Source: a virus. Taken from it: a DNA stretch of 64,000 bases. The DNA is taken from positions 3,905 through 67,904 of IMG/VR virus record IMGVR_UViG_3300031565_000016. One strand, 5' to 3'. Below are positions 46,684 to 56,300 of the stretch, piece after piece. Position 1 is the first letter of the stretch. Each line of letters begins with the position of its first letter. Position numbers and translations under genes: made by a program. The notes beneath the pieces were generated by a model that saw only the letters and a program-made list of their open reading frames with translations, searched no databases and was not told where the DNA came from.

Positions 46684-49299
46684 ATGTCTCTTTTTGCAAC
46701 CCCAAACGATAATAAAAAAACAAAAGGTAACGCGCTGCAAGGGTGTGACGGTTGTAACTACCAATACACGGCTAAAACCCCAAAATTAAAAGTTGCGGGC
46801 AGTGGCAAAAAAGGCATAATGATTGTTATTGACACACCAAGTGAGTGTGAAGATTTGGCTGGTGAAATATTAACAGATGCAATATATCAACCATTAAAAG
46901 ATGCATTAAGGAAATATAATGCACATCCAACCAAGGATTGCTGGGTTACTACTGCTGTTCGGTGCCATTGCCCAGGCGCCAATAAAAATAATTTAACAAT
47001 AGAACAATGTGCCCCTAATTTGATTAGTGAAATTAAGCATTTAAAGCCCCGTGTGGTTATTTTAATGGGGCGTGCGGCTGTGCGTAGTGTTATTACAAGA
47101 AGGCTTACAGGCCGTTTAGCTGGAACAGCATATAATGCATTTTATGGTGAAATGATACCAGATCAAGAACTTGGTGTATGGTTGTGCCCAACATACCACC
47201 CACAAGAAATTGAAAGTACAAAAAATAAAAAGACTAATAAAGTTGACCCAGTAACATTACTACACTGGGACAGGGACATAGAATCAGCTATTGCAAAGGC
47301 AACTGAAAAAGATTATGTTTTTCCAGACCATGAACCAAAAGAAAAAGATACACGAATAATATGGAACGTAGAAGATGCCATAGATTATTTGGAACTCATG
47401 GTTGGAATATGGGCAGCTGCTGGTGAATATATTGAATTTGATTTTGAAACAAGTGGCAGAAAGCCCCAAGCTGACGGGCATTTTATAGAATGTGTATCAA
47501 TTGCAGACGATAAAGAAAGTGTTTGTATGCCGTTTTTTATTAAAAATGAAAGGTTTTGTAATGCATTTAAAGCCATAATGGTACACCCAAAAATAAGTAA
47601 AGTTGCACATAATGACCCATTTGAGGACAGCTGGGTATATTTTCGTGCTGGGTACAAACAAGTGCCATATAAAGTGGTTAATTGGGGTTGGGACACAATG
47701 CTTGCTGGACATTTCATTCACAATCAAAAACCGGTAAATCAAAAATTTTTAGTGTATGTTAATTATGGTGTACTTAATTATGATGAAGACATTGCTCATT
47801 TTTTAGAAAGCGACAATGAAGGTGATTGTAATGCCTTTAACACAATAGACAAGGCACCAAAACCAAAATTGTATAATTACTGCGCATTGGATTCTTTTTT
47901 CTGCCGAAAATTACGTAAAATGCAGCAAAAGTGGTTATCACAACACCCACACCTTGATTTCCTATTTTTGTTAGAGGGTCAAATGGAGGCCTGCAGCGAA
48001 CTTCACATACAGGGGCAATATTTTGACATAGAGCATGCTATAACCCAAAAAGTACAAATAGAAGAAGAAATAAAAGAAAGAATTGAAAAACTTCTTTTAG
48101 GTGAATTTGGCCAAGGGTGGAACGGAAAAACAGGTGGTAAAAACCTATATAACCATGTGTATAACACACTGGGGCTTAAAAATATAGATAAAAAACAAGC
48201 TGGAACAGGTAAAAGTGGGAAACAAGCACTCGACATTGAAGTTATGGAAAAAATGGATCACCCATTCACTAAAGAACTATTAGAAATTAAAAAATTGGAA
48301 AAAATAGTCGGCACTTACTTAGACGGGTACCTCCGTGAATGTGTTAATGGGAAAGTTCACCCATTTTATAAATTGCTGACAAAAACATTACGGGGGAACA
48401 GCAGTAACCCAAATGCACAAAATGTTCCAAAGCATAATAAAAAAATTAAAAATATAATAAGAAGTTGTATTAGGCCAGGGGAAGGCCGTAGGTTCATGGC
48501 CTGGGATTACAAAGCACTTGAAACAATGATTGCTGCCTGTAATTACCCAGATAAAAACTGGATATCCTATGCCTCAGACTTAACCAGTGACATGCATTGG
48601 GATTGGTGCACTAATTTATTTGAACTGGAGAATGATTTCATTGAAGTTCTAATTGAGGAATCAGTGCGTGGTGAGGTTAGACAATTAACTAAAGGGGGTG
48701 CTGTATTCCCCGGAATCTATGGCTCATCCTCATTCAGTATTGCCCACAGTTTATATAAAGACATGAAACAAATACCAACAATGTGGGATTATTTTAGATC
48801 TAAAGGTTGGGATAATATTAAAAATTTCACGGAACATGTAGTTGAAAAATACAAATGGTACTGGGGGGAGTGGTTCCCCGAATACAGAAATTTAAGGGAA
48901 GCTGATTATGAAAAATACTTAATAGATGGCTATACAGACACACTCAATGGGTGCAGGTACCAAGGGCCAATGGGGTACACAGAATTTTGTAATTGGAAGA
49001 CACAAGGCCCCGCAAGCCACATAAAATTGTGGACAATGGCGCAAGTTAATAAGGAAATAAGGGAAGAGGGTATGGGTAGCATGTTAGCCTGGGAAATACA
49101 TGATGAACTTGCTGCTTCGGTTCCTTCTGGTGAAGAAGATGAATTAAATAGAATTGTAAACTATTGGGGAACAACTGGTGTTATGGAGCACTGGAAATGG
49201 ATTATTGTACCTTTAGTACTAGACGGTGAAATGAGTGAAATTAATGGTGATTGGTCTGTAATGACTGGGTTTGATGTTAATAGTAATTGTATTGCGTAG
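46684..49299 (+). CDS. polA: Family A DNA polymerase with N-terminal UDG family 4-like domain and 3'-5' exonuclease
   Basis: CxxC...VRC...QC...TYHP (UDG-like); FDFET, HN-x-x-FE, YCALD (exo); SSNPNAQN, DY-x-x-LE, R-x-x-x-K...YG, IHDE (pol). Confidence 0.9.
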   Translation: MSLFATPNDNKKTKGNALQGCDGCNYQYTAKTPKLKVAGSGKKGIMIVIDTPSECEDLAGEILTDAIYQPLKDALRKYNAHPTKDCWVTTAVRCHCPGANKNNLTIEQCAPNLISEIKHLKPRVVILMGRAAVRSVITRRLTGRLAGTAYNAFYGEMIPDQELGVWLCPTYHPQEIESTKNKKTNKVDPVTLLHWDRDIESAIAKATEKDYVFPDHEPKEKDTRIIWNVEDAIDYLELMVGIWAAAGEYIEFDFETSGRKPQADGHFIECVSIADDKESVCMPFFIKNERFCNAFKAIMVHPKISKVAHNDPFEDSWVYFRAGYKQVPYKVVNWGWDTMLAGHFIHNQKPVNQKFLVYVNYGVLNYDEDIAHFLESDNEGDCNAFNTIDKAPKPKLYNYCALDSFFCRKLRKMQQKWLSQHPHLDFLFLLEGQMEACSELHIQGQYFDIEHAITQKVQIEEEIKERIEKLLLGEFGQGWNGKTGGKNLYNHVYNTLGLKNIDKKQAGTGKSGKQALDIEVMEKMDHPFTKELLEIKKLEKIVGTYLDGYLRECVNGKVHPFYKLLTKTLRGNSSNPNAQNVPKHNKKIKNIIRSCIRPGEGRRFMAWDYKALETMIAACNYPDKNWISYASDLTSDMHWDWCTNLFELENDFIEVLIEESVRGEVRQLTKGGAVFPGIYGSSSFSIAHSLYKDMKQIPTMWDYFRSKGWDNIKNFTEHVVEKYKWYWGEWFPEYRNLREADYEKYLIDGYTDTLNGCRYQGPMGYTEFCNWKTQGPASHIKLWTMAQVNKEIREEGMGSMLAWEIHDELAASVPSGEEDELNRIVNYWGTTGVMEHWKWIIVPLVLDGEMSEINGDWSVMTGFDVNSNCIA

Positions 49300-49344
49300 G
49301 GTAATATTATTACAAAAATAAAGTGGCATAATTGGGGTTACTAA

Positions 49345-49839
49345 ATGAATATATTAAAATTTGTCAGCGGTAAAAGAAGCGCGGAAATAAGAAAGGAGAA
49401 AGGTGGGATTGATGGTGTAATGTGGGAAACTGTAGAAATACCAAAGGAGGAAGTAGAAGAGGAATTTGAATGTTGTGGCTATGACTTTTTTATAAGAAAA
49501 AATATGTCAACTTACCAGGTTTACGAAAAAACAACAAGTACAGTCATGGGCGTTGCCTTCTATAGAAAAGTTCAATGCTTTGAGATAACAAAAATACATA
49601 TTATAGACCAAGTAAAACAGGGGCTTTTAGAAAAAACAATAAGGTACCGGATTGGCCAGCGAGGGTTTATAAATGGGGGGCCAGAAGATTTGCCTTTTGA
49701 TATAAATTTGATTGAAAATACAAAAAATACAAAAATTAAGGAAGAAACAACGTATAATAGTAATACAGAAGTTACTAAAGTAAAAATAACAAATGAAGCC
49801 CCAGTTAAAGTTGTAACGTCAGGTGGGGGGCTTTTCTAA
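49345..49839 (+). CDS. Hypothetical protein
   Basis: 164 aa ending GGGLF. Confidence 0.55.
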   Translation: MNILKFVSGKRSAEIRKEKGGIDGVMWETVEIPKEEVEEEFECCGYDFFIRKNMSTYQVYEKTTSTVMGVAFYRKVQCFEITKIHIIDQVKQGLLEKTIRYRIGQRGFINGGPEDLPFDINLIENTKNTKIKEETTYNSNTEVTKVKITNEAPVKVVTSGGGLF

Positions 49840-49994
49840 TGGAAAATAAAATTGAAACAGAAGAAAGAACAAAATGTGAAATTTGGACAAGAGTTATGGG
49901 GTACCATAGACCTATAACACAATTTAATATTGGAAAAAGAGCAGAGTACCACGAAAGAAAAGAATTTATAGAAGAAAAGGGATTAAAGGAATGA
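49839..49994 (+). CDS. Stand-alone NrdD C-terminal glycyl-radical domain (51 aa; not in ORF track)
   Basis: RTKCEIWTRVMGYHRPITQFNIGKRAEYHERK; coupled TAATG start. Confidence 0.85.
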   Translation: MENKIETEERTKCEIWTRVMGYHRPITQFNIGKRAEYHERKEFIEEKGLKE

Positions 49995-50383
49995 CAAAAG
50001 TTAAAATACAGGAAGTTTTCAAAGTTGGGAACCCACCAAAAGACCCAAAATTAATTGCAAAAATACAGCACCCAAAAAACAATAAAAAGGCTGTTCGTTG
50101 TGTGCTGCAAAATAATGAATTATTTTTTAATGTTGGTGATTTTTTGCAGCCATTTAAAAATAAACTTTATGAATACGCAATAAAATTGTGCCTCCCGTCA
50201 CATGCTAAAAATCTAAAAAAGGTATGGATGGCACAGCGTGCGTGGGATTCAATTCAAAATATTGTGGAAAAAAAGCTTTCTAAAAAAGAAATAGAAGATG
50301 CTATTATAGAAGGTGTTAATTCAAGCACATTATTTGCACTGCCCCCAGAAATTAAAGACGAAAATAATGTAGGAGAGGAGTAA
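49991..50383 (+). CDS. Hypothetical protein
   Basis: 130 aa, ATGA overlap. Confidence 0.55.
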   Translation: MTKVKIQEVFKVGNPPKDPKLIAKIQHPKNNKKAVRCVLQNNELFFNVGDFLQPFKNKLYEYAIKLCLPSHAKNLKKVWMAQRAWDSIQNIVEKKLSKKEIEDAIIEGVNSSTLFALPPEIKDENNVGEE

Positions 50384-50385
50384 AT

Positions 50386-50607
50386 ATGAAAAGAGGTATA
50401 TTAAGTGCACTACTTGCTAAAATTGCTGTTGCAGCACAAGAAAGTGGCGAAAAATCACAAATAAGACACGCAAAAGGTTCTGGTGTGTTTTTCCCAAAAA
50501 GAAGTGCAAAAATAAAAAGTAAGATTATTTCTGCAAGGAATCGACGGGCAAATAAAAACAGTAAAACAAAAAGTTCATATGCATCAAAAAGAAGCAGTTG
50601 GCATTAG
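50386..50607 (+). CDS. Small basic protein
   Basis: 73 aa, K/R/S-rich; GAGGAG RBS. Confidence 0.5.
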   Translation: MKRGILSALLAKIAVAAQESGEKSQIRHAKGSGVFFPKRSAKIKSKIISARNRRANKNSKTKSSYASKRSSWH

Positions 50608-50616
50608 GTTCTTTAT

Positions 50617-50895
50617 ATGGCAGAAAATAAAAAATTAAGCATTGCGTTGGGTATACCAACAAGCGTTGCAAAGGATATTGCAAGTGCTTTTGGTTACCCT
50701 CAGGTTGTTATTGTTGCTTTTGATGTAGGTAACAATAAGCAAAATATAACTACCTATGGGGAAGGCCCTATTGGTAAATTTCAAAGCGCAGAGGCTGGGG
50801 AATATATAATGGGTGCTATGGGATGGGAAAAAGTGACATGCAAAACTTTCCCAGAAATAAAAGCGAAGGGTAAAAATGGAACAGACACAAATTAA
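50617..50895 (+). CDS. Hypothetical phage protein
   Basis: 92 aa; IP-x-x-x-AK-x-IA...QVVI...TTYG pattern. Confidence 0.55.
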   Translation: MAENKKLSIALGIPTSVAKDIASAFGYPQVVIVAFDVGNNKQNITTYGEGPIGKFQSAEAGEYIMGAMGWEKVTCKTFPEIKAKGKNGTDTN

Positions 50896-51127
50896 TAGAA
50901 TTAAGATAGTTGTGGGTGGTATTTTGGGTATTTCACCAGAAGCAATAAAAGAAAGTGATCACATTGTGGACGACCTTGGTGCAGATTCCTTGGATGAAGT
51001 TGAAATTAGTATTGAACTAGAACTTGCATTTGACATTGAAATTTATGATTCAGAATTAAATGCTTGTGGAAAAACAGTGCAGGAATTAAATGCACTTATT
51101 ACAAAAAAGGTTGGTTTTAATGAGTAA
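50876..51127 (+). CDS. acpP: Acyl carrier protein
   Basis: DDLGADSLD phosphopantetheine motif, ELELAFDIEI; acidic, 83 aa. Confidence 0.9.
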   Translation: MEQTQINRIKIVVGGILGISPEAIKESDHIVDDLGADSLDEVEISIELELAFDIEIYDSELNACGKTVQELNALITKKVGFNE

Positions 51128-52100
51128 TAATACATTCGGTTTCGATAAAATATATAGGCCAGCTATTTGGCAAGAAGTGCGCGGAAACGCAGCTGCAGTA
51201 AAACAATTACAGCAGGAATTAAATGACCCACAAGGTCAGCATGTATTTCTTGTTACAGGCCCAAGTGGTTGTGGGAAAACTACATTAACACGTATTGCAG
51301 CAGATCACCTAGGGTGCAATAATATAATGAACTTAACAGAGTACAATGCAGTAACAATGGGTGGCATTGACATGGTGCGCGAAATAGAGCAGTTGGTTCG
51401 CACTAATGCTATGGGAAACCGCTGCTGGTTTATTGATGAAGCCCATGAACTGACGGCAAAGGCACAAGAAGCATTTTTGAAATTATTAGAAGAATGCCCC
51501 AAAAATGACTATTTCTTTTTCGGCACCACCGACCCCCAGGGGTTTAAACCAACCTTTATGCGCAGGGTGACAAAAATAATTGTCAAACCACTTTTAGACC
51601 GTGAATTATCAGATTTATTAGAGGAAGTCAGTGACGACGAAGGTTTAACAATTGCTGATGCTGTTTTAGAAAAAATTGTGGAATTAGCAGGTGGAAGCCC
51701 CGCAATTGCACTAAACATGTTACAAAGTATCTCCAAGTTGGACGAAGAACTTGCACTTGAAAGATTAAGTGACGAAAGTAGCGTTGCAACAATGAATGCG
51801 GATTCAAAAGAAATGGGTGAACTAATAACCTCAATTTTTTGGCCACGTGGTGTTGTTAAAACCAGTGAGGTGATGAAACTTGTTGCTACCATTAAAAAAG
51901 ATGGAAAGGAAACACCAGAGGGAATCAGGTGCGCATTGGTTGGCATAGCTGGGAATAACCTGATAGCTGGTGGAAAGGGTAGTAATTGTAATATTGATGT
52001 AATAGACAATTTACTAGATGCAACACCTTTTTATCATAAAGCAACCGCCTGGGCAGCACTTGCACTTAAATTGCATGATATATTAGAACCTGAAGATTAA
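51120..52100 (+). CDS. Clamp loader AAA+ ATPase (DnaX/RFC-like)
   Basis: YRP...EV-x-G, GPSGCGKTT, IDEAH-x-L, AFLKLLEE-x-P, GTTDP. Confidence 0.9.
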   Translation: MSNNTFGFDKIYRPAIWQEVRGNAAAVKQLQQELNDPQGQHVFLVTGPSGCGKTTLTRIAADHLGCNNIMNLTEYNAVTMGGIDMVREIEQLVRTNAMGNRCWFIDEAHELTAKAQEAFLKLLEECPKNDYFFFGTTDPQGFKPTFMRRVTKIIVKPLLDRELSDLLEEVSDDEGLTIADAVLEKIVELAGGSPAIALNMLQSISKLDEELALERLSDESSVATMNADSKEMGELITSIFWPRGVVKTSEVMKLVATIKKDGKETPEGIRCALVGIAGNNLIAGGKGSNCNIDVIDNLLDATPFYHKATAWAALALKLHDILEPED

Positions 52101-52123
52101 AATATATTTTTTAAAAAAGTATA

Positions 52124-52156
52124 AAAAAGGTTGGCTATTTGCCAGCCTTTCTTTTT
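52124..52156. terminator. Intrinsic terminator (bidirectional-type)
   Basis: AAAAAGGTTGGC-TATTT-GCCAGCCTTT-CTTTTT. Confidence 0.7.
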
Positions 52157-52170
52157 ATAATAATAATAGA

Positions 52171-52266
52171 AGCTAGTTGGGCGCATAAGCGCATGGGCAA
52201 CACACCCTATTGTTGGCACGTTGTGTTTTTATAACCGGTGATTCAAGTGTAAAACTTGCACTAGCT
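52171..52266 (+). ncRNA. Putative structured leader or small RNA (~96 nt)
   Basis: Starts just after TTTTATAATAA; AGCTAGT/ACTAGCT closing stem with internal hairpins. Confidence 0.45.
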
Positions 52267-52286
52267 ACTTTTTACAGAGGTTTATT

Positions 52287-53045
52287 TTGGAAACTATTAG
52301 ACTATTAAGTAAAGATATGCAAATAGACAAAAGTGATATGGTATCTTGCTGGGAAAATTTTTCTAACATATCTCATTATTGGACGACACTTCAATCTGAT
52401 GCAAAAATTAAAGTAAAAAAATTAAGTAAACTTATAAAAAAGAAAAGAAGTGAATACAGGTTGCAAATAATAGAAAGGTATAAACACACGTTCTCAGAAG
52501 AAGACATATCACCTATTGTAAAAAACTACCTGCTTGCCAAAGAACGGTTAAGAGAAGCACAAGCTGAACTAGAATTAAATAGGGCAGAAGCTCGCAAAAT
52601 TGTAGCACTGCAAAAGGTGAAAACGCCAATGGGGAAAGAAAAAGACCCAACAAAGGAAGATATAGACACGTATATAAAAACATACCCAAATGTATTAAGT
52701 GCAATAGAGGAATTAAATATTGTAACAGCGGAGGTAGAATTATATGAAGCACAAGGCAGACAGAATATAAAAGTAAAAGAACCAACACGGGAAGATATTG
52801 ATGCAAAAATAGATATGGAACCAGAAATTGCTGGTTTAGAAGATGAACTTCTTCAGGCAGAAATTGAAAAAATAAAATATGACTCCGCAGTTGACCAAAT
52901 ATCTGATTTAAAACACTCATTAGACGCAATGCTTACACTATGGGTGAAAAATTATTGGAGTGACCCCCGCATTTTACCGGGGGCAACTTCAACCGAAGAA
53001 TCAAATGCAATGGAACGTAAAAAAAGAGAAATGTTAAACAAGTAA
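52287..53045 (+). CDS. UvsY-like recombination mediator (internally duplicated helical module)
   Basis: PTKEDIDTYI and PTREDIDAKI repeats, L-x-x-L-W-x-x-x-YWS C-terminus; precedes SSB and RecA. Confidence 0.55.
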   Translation: METIRLLSKDMQIDKSDMVSCWENFSNISHYWTTLQSDAKIKVKKLSKLIKKKRSEYRLQIIERYKHTFSEEDISPIVKNYLLAKERLREAQAELELNRAEARKIVALQKVKTPMGKEKDPTKEDIDTYIKTYPNVLSAIEELNIVTAEVELYEAQGRQNIKVKEPTREDIDAKIDMEPEIAGLEDELLQAEIEKIKYDSAVDQISDLKHSLDAMLTLWVKNYWSDPRILPGATSTEESNAMERKKREMLNK

Positions 53046-53060
53046 AAAAGGAGCAACACC

Positions 53061-54218
53061 ATGGCAAGAGCCAGAAAATTAAGCGATAAAAGAAGAAAAA
53101 GGGGGGAAGAAGCAGTTGGATCAGACGGAATAGGTCAAAGTGTTGGTGGGCACTCTGCCCTTCAGGGCATCCCATTCCCACGGTATGACGTACAGCAGGG
53201 GAAAAACACACTTGACGTAATACCCTATTATATTTCCAACAAAGAACACCCCCATATTTTAAAAGATGTGAATGATTTGGATTGTCTAGAATTCAATGTT
53301 GATGTTAATGTGCACCGAAGTGTTGGTGATGACAAAGTTAATTTCATTTGTTTAAAAGACGCAGGTATACAGCCCACATGTTTTTTATGCAATGAAATGT
53401 GGGATATTTGGAAAAATGCTGGGGGCAAGGGCGCTGACAAAAAAAGTAAAGAATATGGTAGATTTAGTTCATTACGTCCAAGCAGACGTTGGTTTATTTT
53501 TGTAAGACCAACAACAGGGGCACAAGCTGGCCAGATATGTTACTGGGATGCACCATATGCTGGCAAAAGTGCAGCATGGGGAAAACAACTTGAGAATAAA
53601 ATAGCAATATTAAAATCAGAAGAGGGTCGTGTTATTGATTACCAAAGCCTTGACTTGGATGGGTGCTCTATTGAATTTAGAGCCGACAAAGAAGAAAAGG
53701 CGAATTGGTTTGATTATAGCGAATTCAATTTCCCTGCACGTACCATACCTGTGACAGACGATCTTGTTGAAAGTATGCCAGATTTGAGCACTTTTATGGT
53801 TAAATGCACAAACGAAGAAATGGAAGCTTATTACATGGATGGTATAATACCTGGTTCATTTAAAAAGGGTTCTTCCAAACCAAGTGCAACAGTTTCCACC
53901 ACGCCAACATCAGAGCCAGAAGAGTATACTGGGCCAACAGCAACAAAAACAATGAGGGAAGACACACCAACACCAGAACCTGCACCAGAACCTGCACCAA
54001 CACCAGAACCTGCACCAGAACCTGCACCAACACCAGAACCTGCACCAGAACCTGCACCTGCACCAACACCAGAACCTGCACCAGAACCTGCACCTGCAAA
54101 TACAGGCGATTGCCCACGAGGTAGAAATTTTGGGCCAGACTACCGTGGGTGTGAACACAAAAAAGGTTGCCCTGTTGTTAATGAGTGTTATGCTGCAAAA
54201 AAAGCTGTGGCAAAGTAG
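53061..54218 (+). CDS. Single-stranded DNA-binding protein (gp32-like) with PEPA linker
   Basis: VH...FIC...CFLC Zn site, P-x-RRW-x-I-x-V; low-complexity tail ending in a Cys4 module. Confidence 0.68.
   Translation: MARARKLSDKRRKRGEEAVGSDGIGQSVGGHSALQGIPFPRYDVQQGKNTLDVIPYYISNKEHPHILKDVNDLDCLEFNVDVNVHRSVGDDKVNFICLKDAGIQPTCFLCNEMWDIWKNAGGKGADKKSKEYGRFSSLRPSRRWFIFVRPTTGAQAGQICYWDAPYAGKSAAWGKQLENKIAILKSEEGRVIDYQSLDLDGCSIEFRADKEEKANWFDYSEFNFPARTIPVTDDLVESMPDLSTFMVKCTNEEMEAYYMDGIIPGSFKKGSSKPSATVSTTPTSEPEEYTGPTATKTMREDTPTPEPAPEPAPTPEPAPEPAPTPEPAPEPAPAPTPEPAPEPAPANTGDCPRGRNFGPDYRGCEHKKGCPVVNECYAAKKAVAK
53965..54097 (+). repeat. Coding tandem repeat (TPEPAPEPAP)n
   Basis: About four 30-36-nt units of CCAACACCAGAACCTGCACCAGAACCTGCA. 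Confidence 0.9.
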
Positions 54219-54221
54219 GGT

Positions 54222-54638
54222 GTGGTGAGACCACATAACCATGTAGGCACAGCGGGCTTTCTCAGGATGACTGGGGAAGCTGGCCTGCCCTATAAGCAGG
54301 AAACTGCCAGATATTTTTTAAAACAGCATTCATCCCTTGGGAATATTACCCAAGAAGTTGGCAAAAGTAAAAAATATACATTCTATAGAGACAAAGTTGA
54401 GGAATTTATTTTTTTCAAAAAGAATATCCATATGGAATGGTACAGCCTTGCAGCACTTACGAAAGAAACAAACCATAAAAAAATAAAAGAATCATTGTGG
54501 AGACATAATTTCCAATACTTATTAGTGTATAAACTTGGCATAATACCAAAGAAGATATATGGCATGGCTTTTGTTCCACGTGAAAAAGTTGACGGGATAA
54601 AACAATATATTAACCCAATAAGGAGCAATATCAGATGA
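54222..54638 (+). CDS. Hypothetical DNA-binding protein
   Basis: 138 aa, basic. Confidence 0.45.
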   Translation: MVRPHNHVGTAGFLRMTGEAGLPYKQETARYFLKQHSSLGNITQEVGKSKKYTFYRDKVEEFIFFKKNIHMEWYSLAALTKETNHKKIKESLWRHNFQYLLVYKLGIIPKKIYGMAFVPREKVDGIKQYINPIRSNIR

Positions 54639-55798
54639 GCAAGAAATCTGTAGAAGTTACTAAAAAAGACCAATTAGCAGATATTGATGAGGTGTTTGAA
54701 GATGTTTCTTTCCTAGAGCAATATGAAGTTGAAGACCCCTGGGGGCGTGCTAGGACAAACACCCTTTTACTTGATTTACAGGCGGGAGGTAAAAAAGGAG
54801 TATTGGGCTACCCATACGGCTGGATTATTAATTACGTAGGAGATAAAAGCAGTGGTAAAACATTATTTGCGCATGAATTAACTGGGTACCAAAATCATAT
54901 ACAAAAAAACTTCAAATACTTGTTTATGCCCACTGAATTTGGTGATAGTTTTGATACAGAAGACCTCTATGGCTATAATGCAACCATGCCATGGGATGAG
55001 GTACCAAAAACAGTACAAAAACTTGACACAACAGTACGTGAATGGGTTGATAATTTAAAAGTTGACAAAGAGGGGAACCCCATAGAGGTTGGTGTGGCCA
55101 CTGTGGACAGCCTAGATGGTGTTGGGTCAATTCAATTGGACAACATGGCCATTGATAGAATGAAAAAACACAAAGCTGGCAAAGAAGTTATGGATGAAGG
55201 TAGCTACCAAATGGAAAAACCAAGGTTCCTTTCCAGCAGCCATTTTCCCAAAATAGCTTGTGAAATGCGCCATAAAAAAGCATTATACCTTATTTTATCC
55301 CAGTTGAGAGACAATCCTGACCCAAACAGCCCAGTAAAAGAAAAACGAAGTGGCGGTCGTGCAATGGATTTTTACTGCCACACTGTTCAATGGTTATACG
55401 CAGTTGATAAAATATTTGCTACTGTAAAGGCCCAGAAAGACGGAAAAAGTTGTGGTGGCATTACACGCGTGGTAAATAAAAAAAGCAAAACACCAAGGCC
55501 TGGGCGCATAATTTATGTGTTGTTCTATTATTCTTTTGGCATTGATGATGTGGGTACAAATTTATTATACCTATTTGATTTACTTTCTGACCGTGGTAAA
55601 ATGACGATAAAAAACCCACCTGTACCATGGAATGGCGAAACACGTAAATTTTTGGAATTACGTGATTGGTTTTATGAGCATGAAAACAAGGCTGAACGTG
55701 ACAAACTAGACCAAATGGTAATTGAACGCTGGGAAAAAGAGGAAGATGCTGCACTTAAACCAACACCTGGTTCTGGTTTATTAAGGAAATATAGGTAA
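54635..55798 (+). CDS. RecA/UvsX-like recombinase
   Basis: GYPYG-x-I...GDKSSGKT, VDSLD, SQLRDN, SGGRAMDFY, KSK-x-x-RP. Confidence 0.88.
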   Translation: MSKKSVEVTKKDQLADIDEVFEDVSFLEQYEVEDPWGRARTNTLLLDLQAGGKKGVLGYPYGWIINYVGDKSSGKTLFAHELTGYQNHIQKNFKYLFMPTEFGDSFDTEDLYGYNATMPWDEVPKTVQKLDTTVREWVDNLKVDKEGNPIEVGVATVDSLDGVGSIQLDNMAIDRMKKHKAGKEVMDEGSYQMEKPRFLSSSHFPKIACEMRHKKALYLILSQLRDNPDPNSPVKEKRSGGRAMDFYCHTVQWLYAVDKIFATVKAQKDGKSCGGITRVVNKKSKTPRPGRIIYVLFYYSFGIDDVGTNLLYLFDLLSDRGKMTIKNPPVPWNGETRKFLELRDWFYEHENKAERDKLDQMVIERWEKEEDAALKPTPGSGLLRKYR

Positions 55799-55802
55799 AT
55801 TT

Positions 55803-56300
55803 ATGAGAGTACTTGGTGTTGACTATGGGGCGGAGGGTGCAATATCCCTCATTGACACAATAACAGAAGAGCATTTGGTGTGGGATATGCCATTTGAAGA
55901 TACTGAAGTTGATGTTATTGCATTAAACAAAATTTTACAAAACATAATGCCACCAGTAGATTCAATTTGGGTGGAGCATGTTATTGCAAATGGTCCTAAT
56001 GCAGGAAAAAAAGGCTTACTTAAGCAGGGCAAGACAATTGGCAAAGCTGAAGCTGTTTTAATATTGTTTTCTTTTCAATGCAAAATACCCTTTATGGATG
56101 TAAGCGCACAGCGTTGGAAAAGGTACCAAGGGTTGTGGGGGGAAGTTAAAAAAGGCAGCTGCATTATGGCTTCTGAAAAGTACCCAATGTTAAAAACAGA
56201 GTTTTATGGTGCCAGAGGTGGGGCAAAAGACGGAAGGGCAGAATCAATATTAATAGCAGACTATGGGGTTAATCATCATGATGAAACTAAGACAACATGA
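55803..56300 (+). CDS. RuvC-like Holliday junction resolvase
   Basis: VLGVDYG-x-x-GA, WVE, RWK, DGRAES-x-LIA. Confidence 0.85.
   Translation: MRVLGVDYGAEGAISLIDTITEEHLVWDMPFEDTEVDVIALNKILQNIMPPVDSIWVEHVIANGPNAGKKGLLKQGKTIGKAEAVLILFSFQCKIPFMDVSAQRWKRYQGLWGEVKKGSCIMASEKYPMLKTEFYGARGGAKDGRAESILIADYGVNHHDETKTT

Noticed and set aside
53860-54242. Minus-strand VQVLV and CRFW repeat ORFs
   Set aside because: They are antisense readings of the PEPA coding repeat in the SSB gene.
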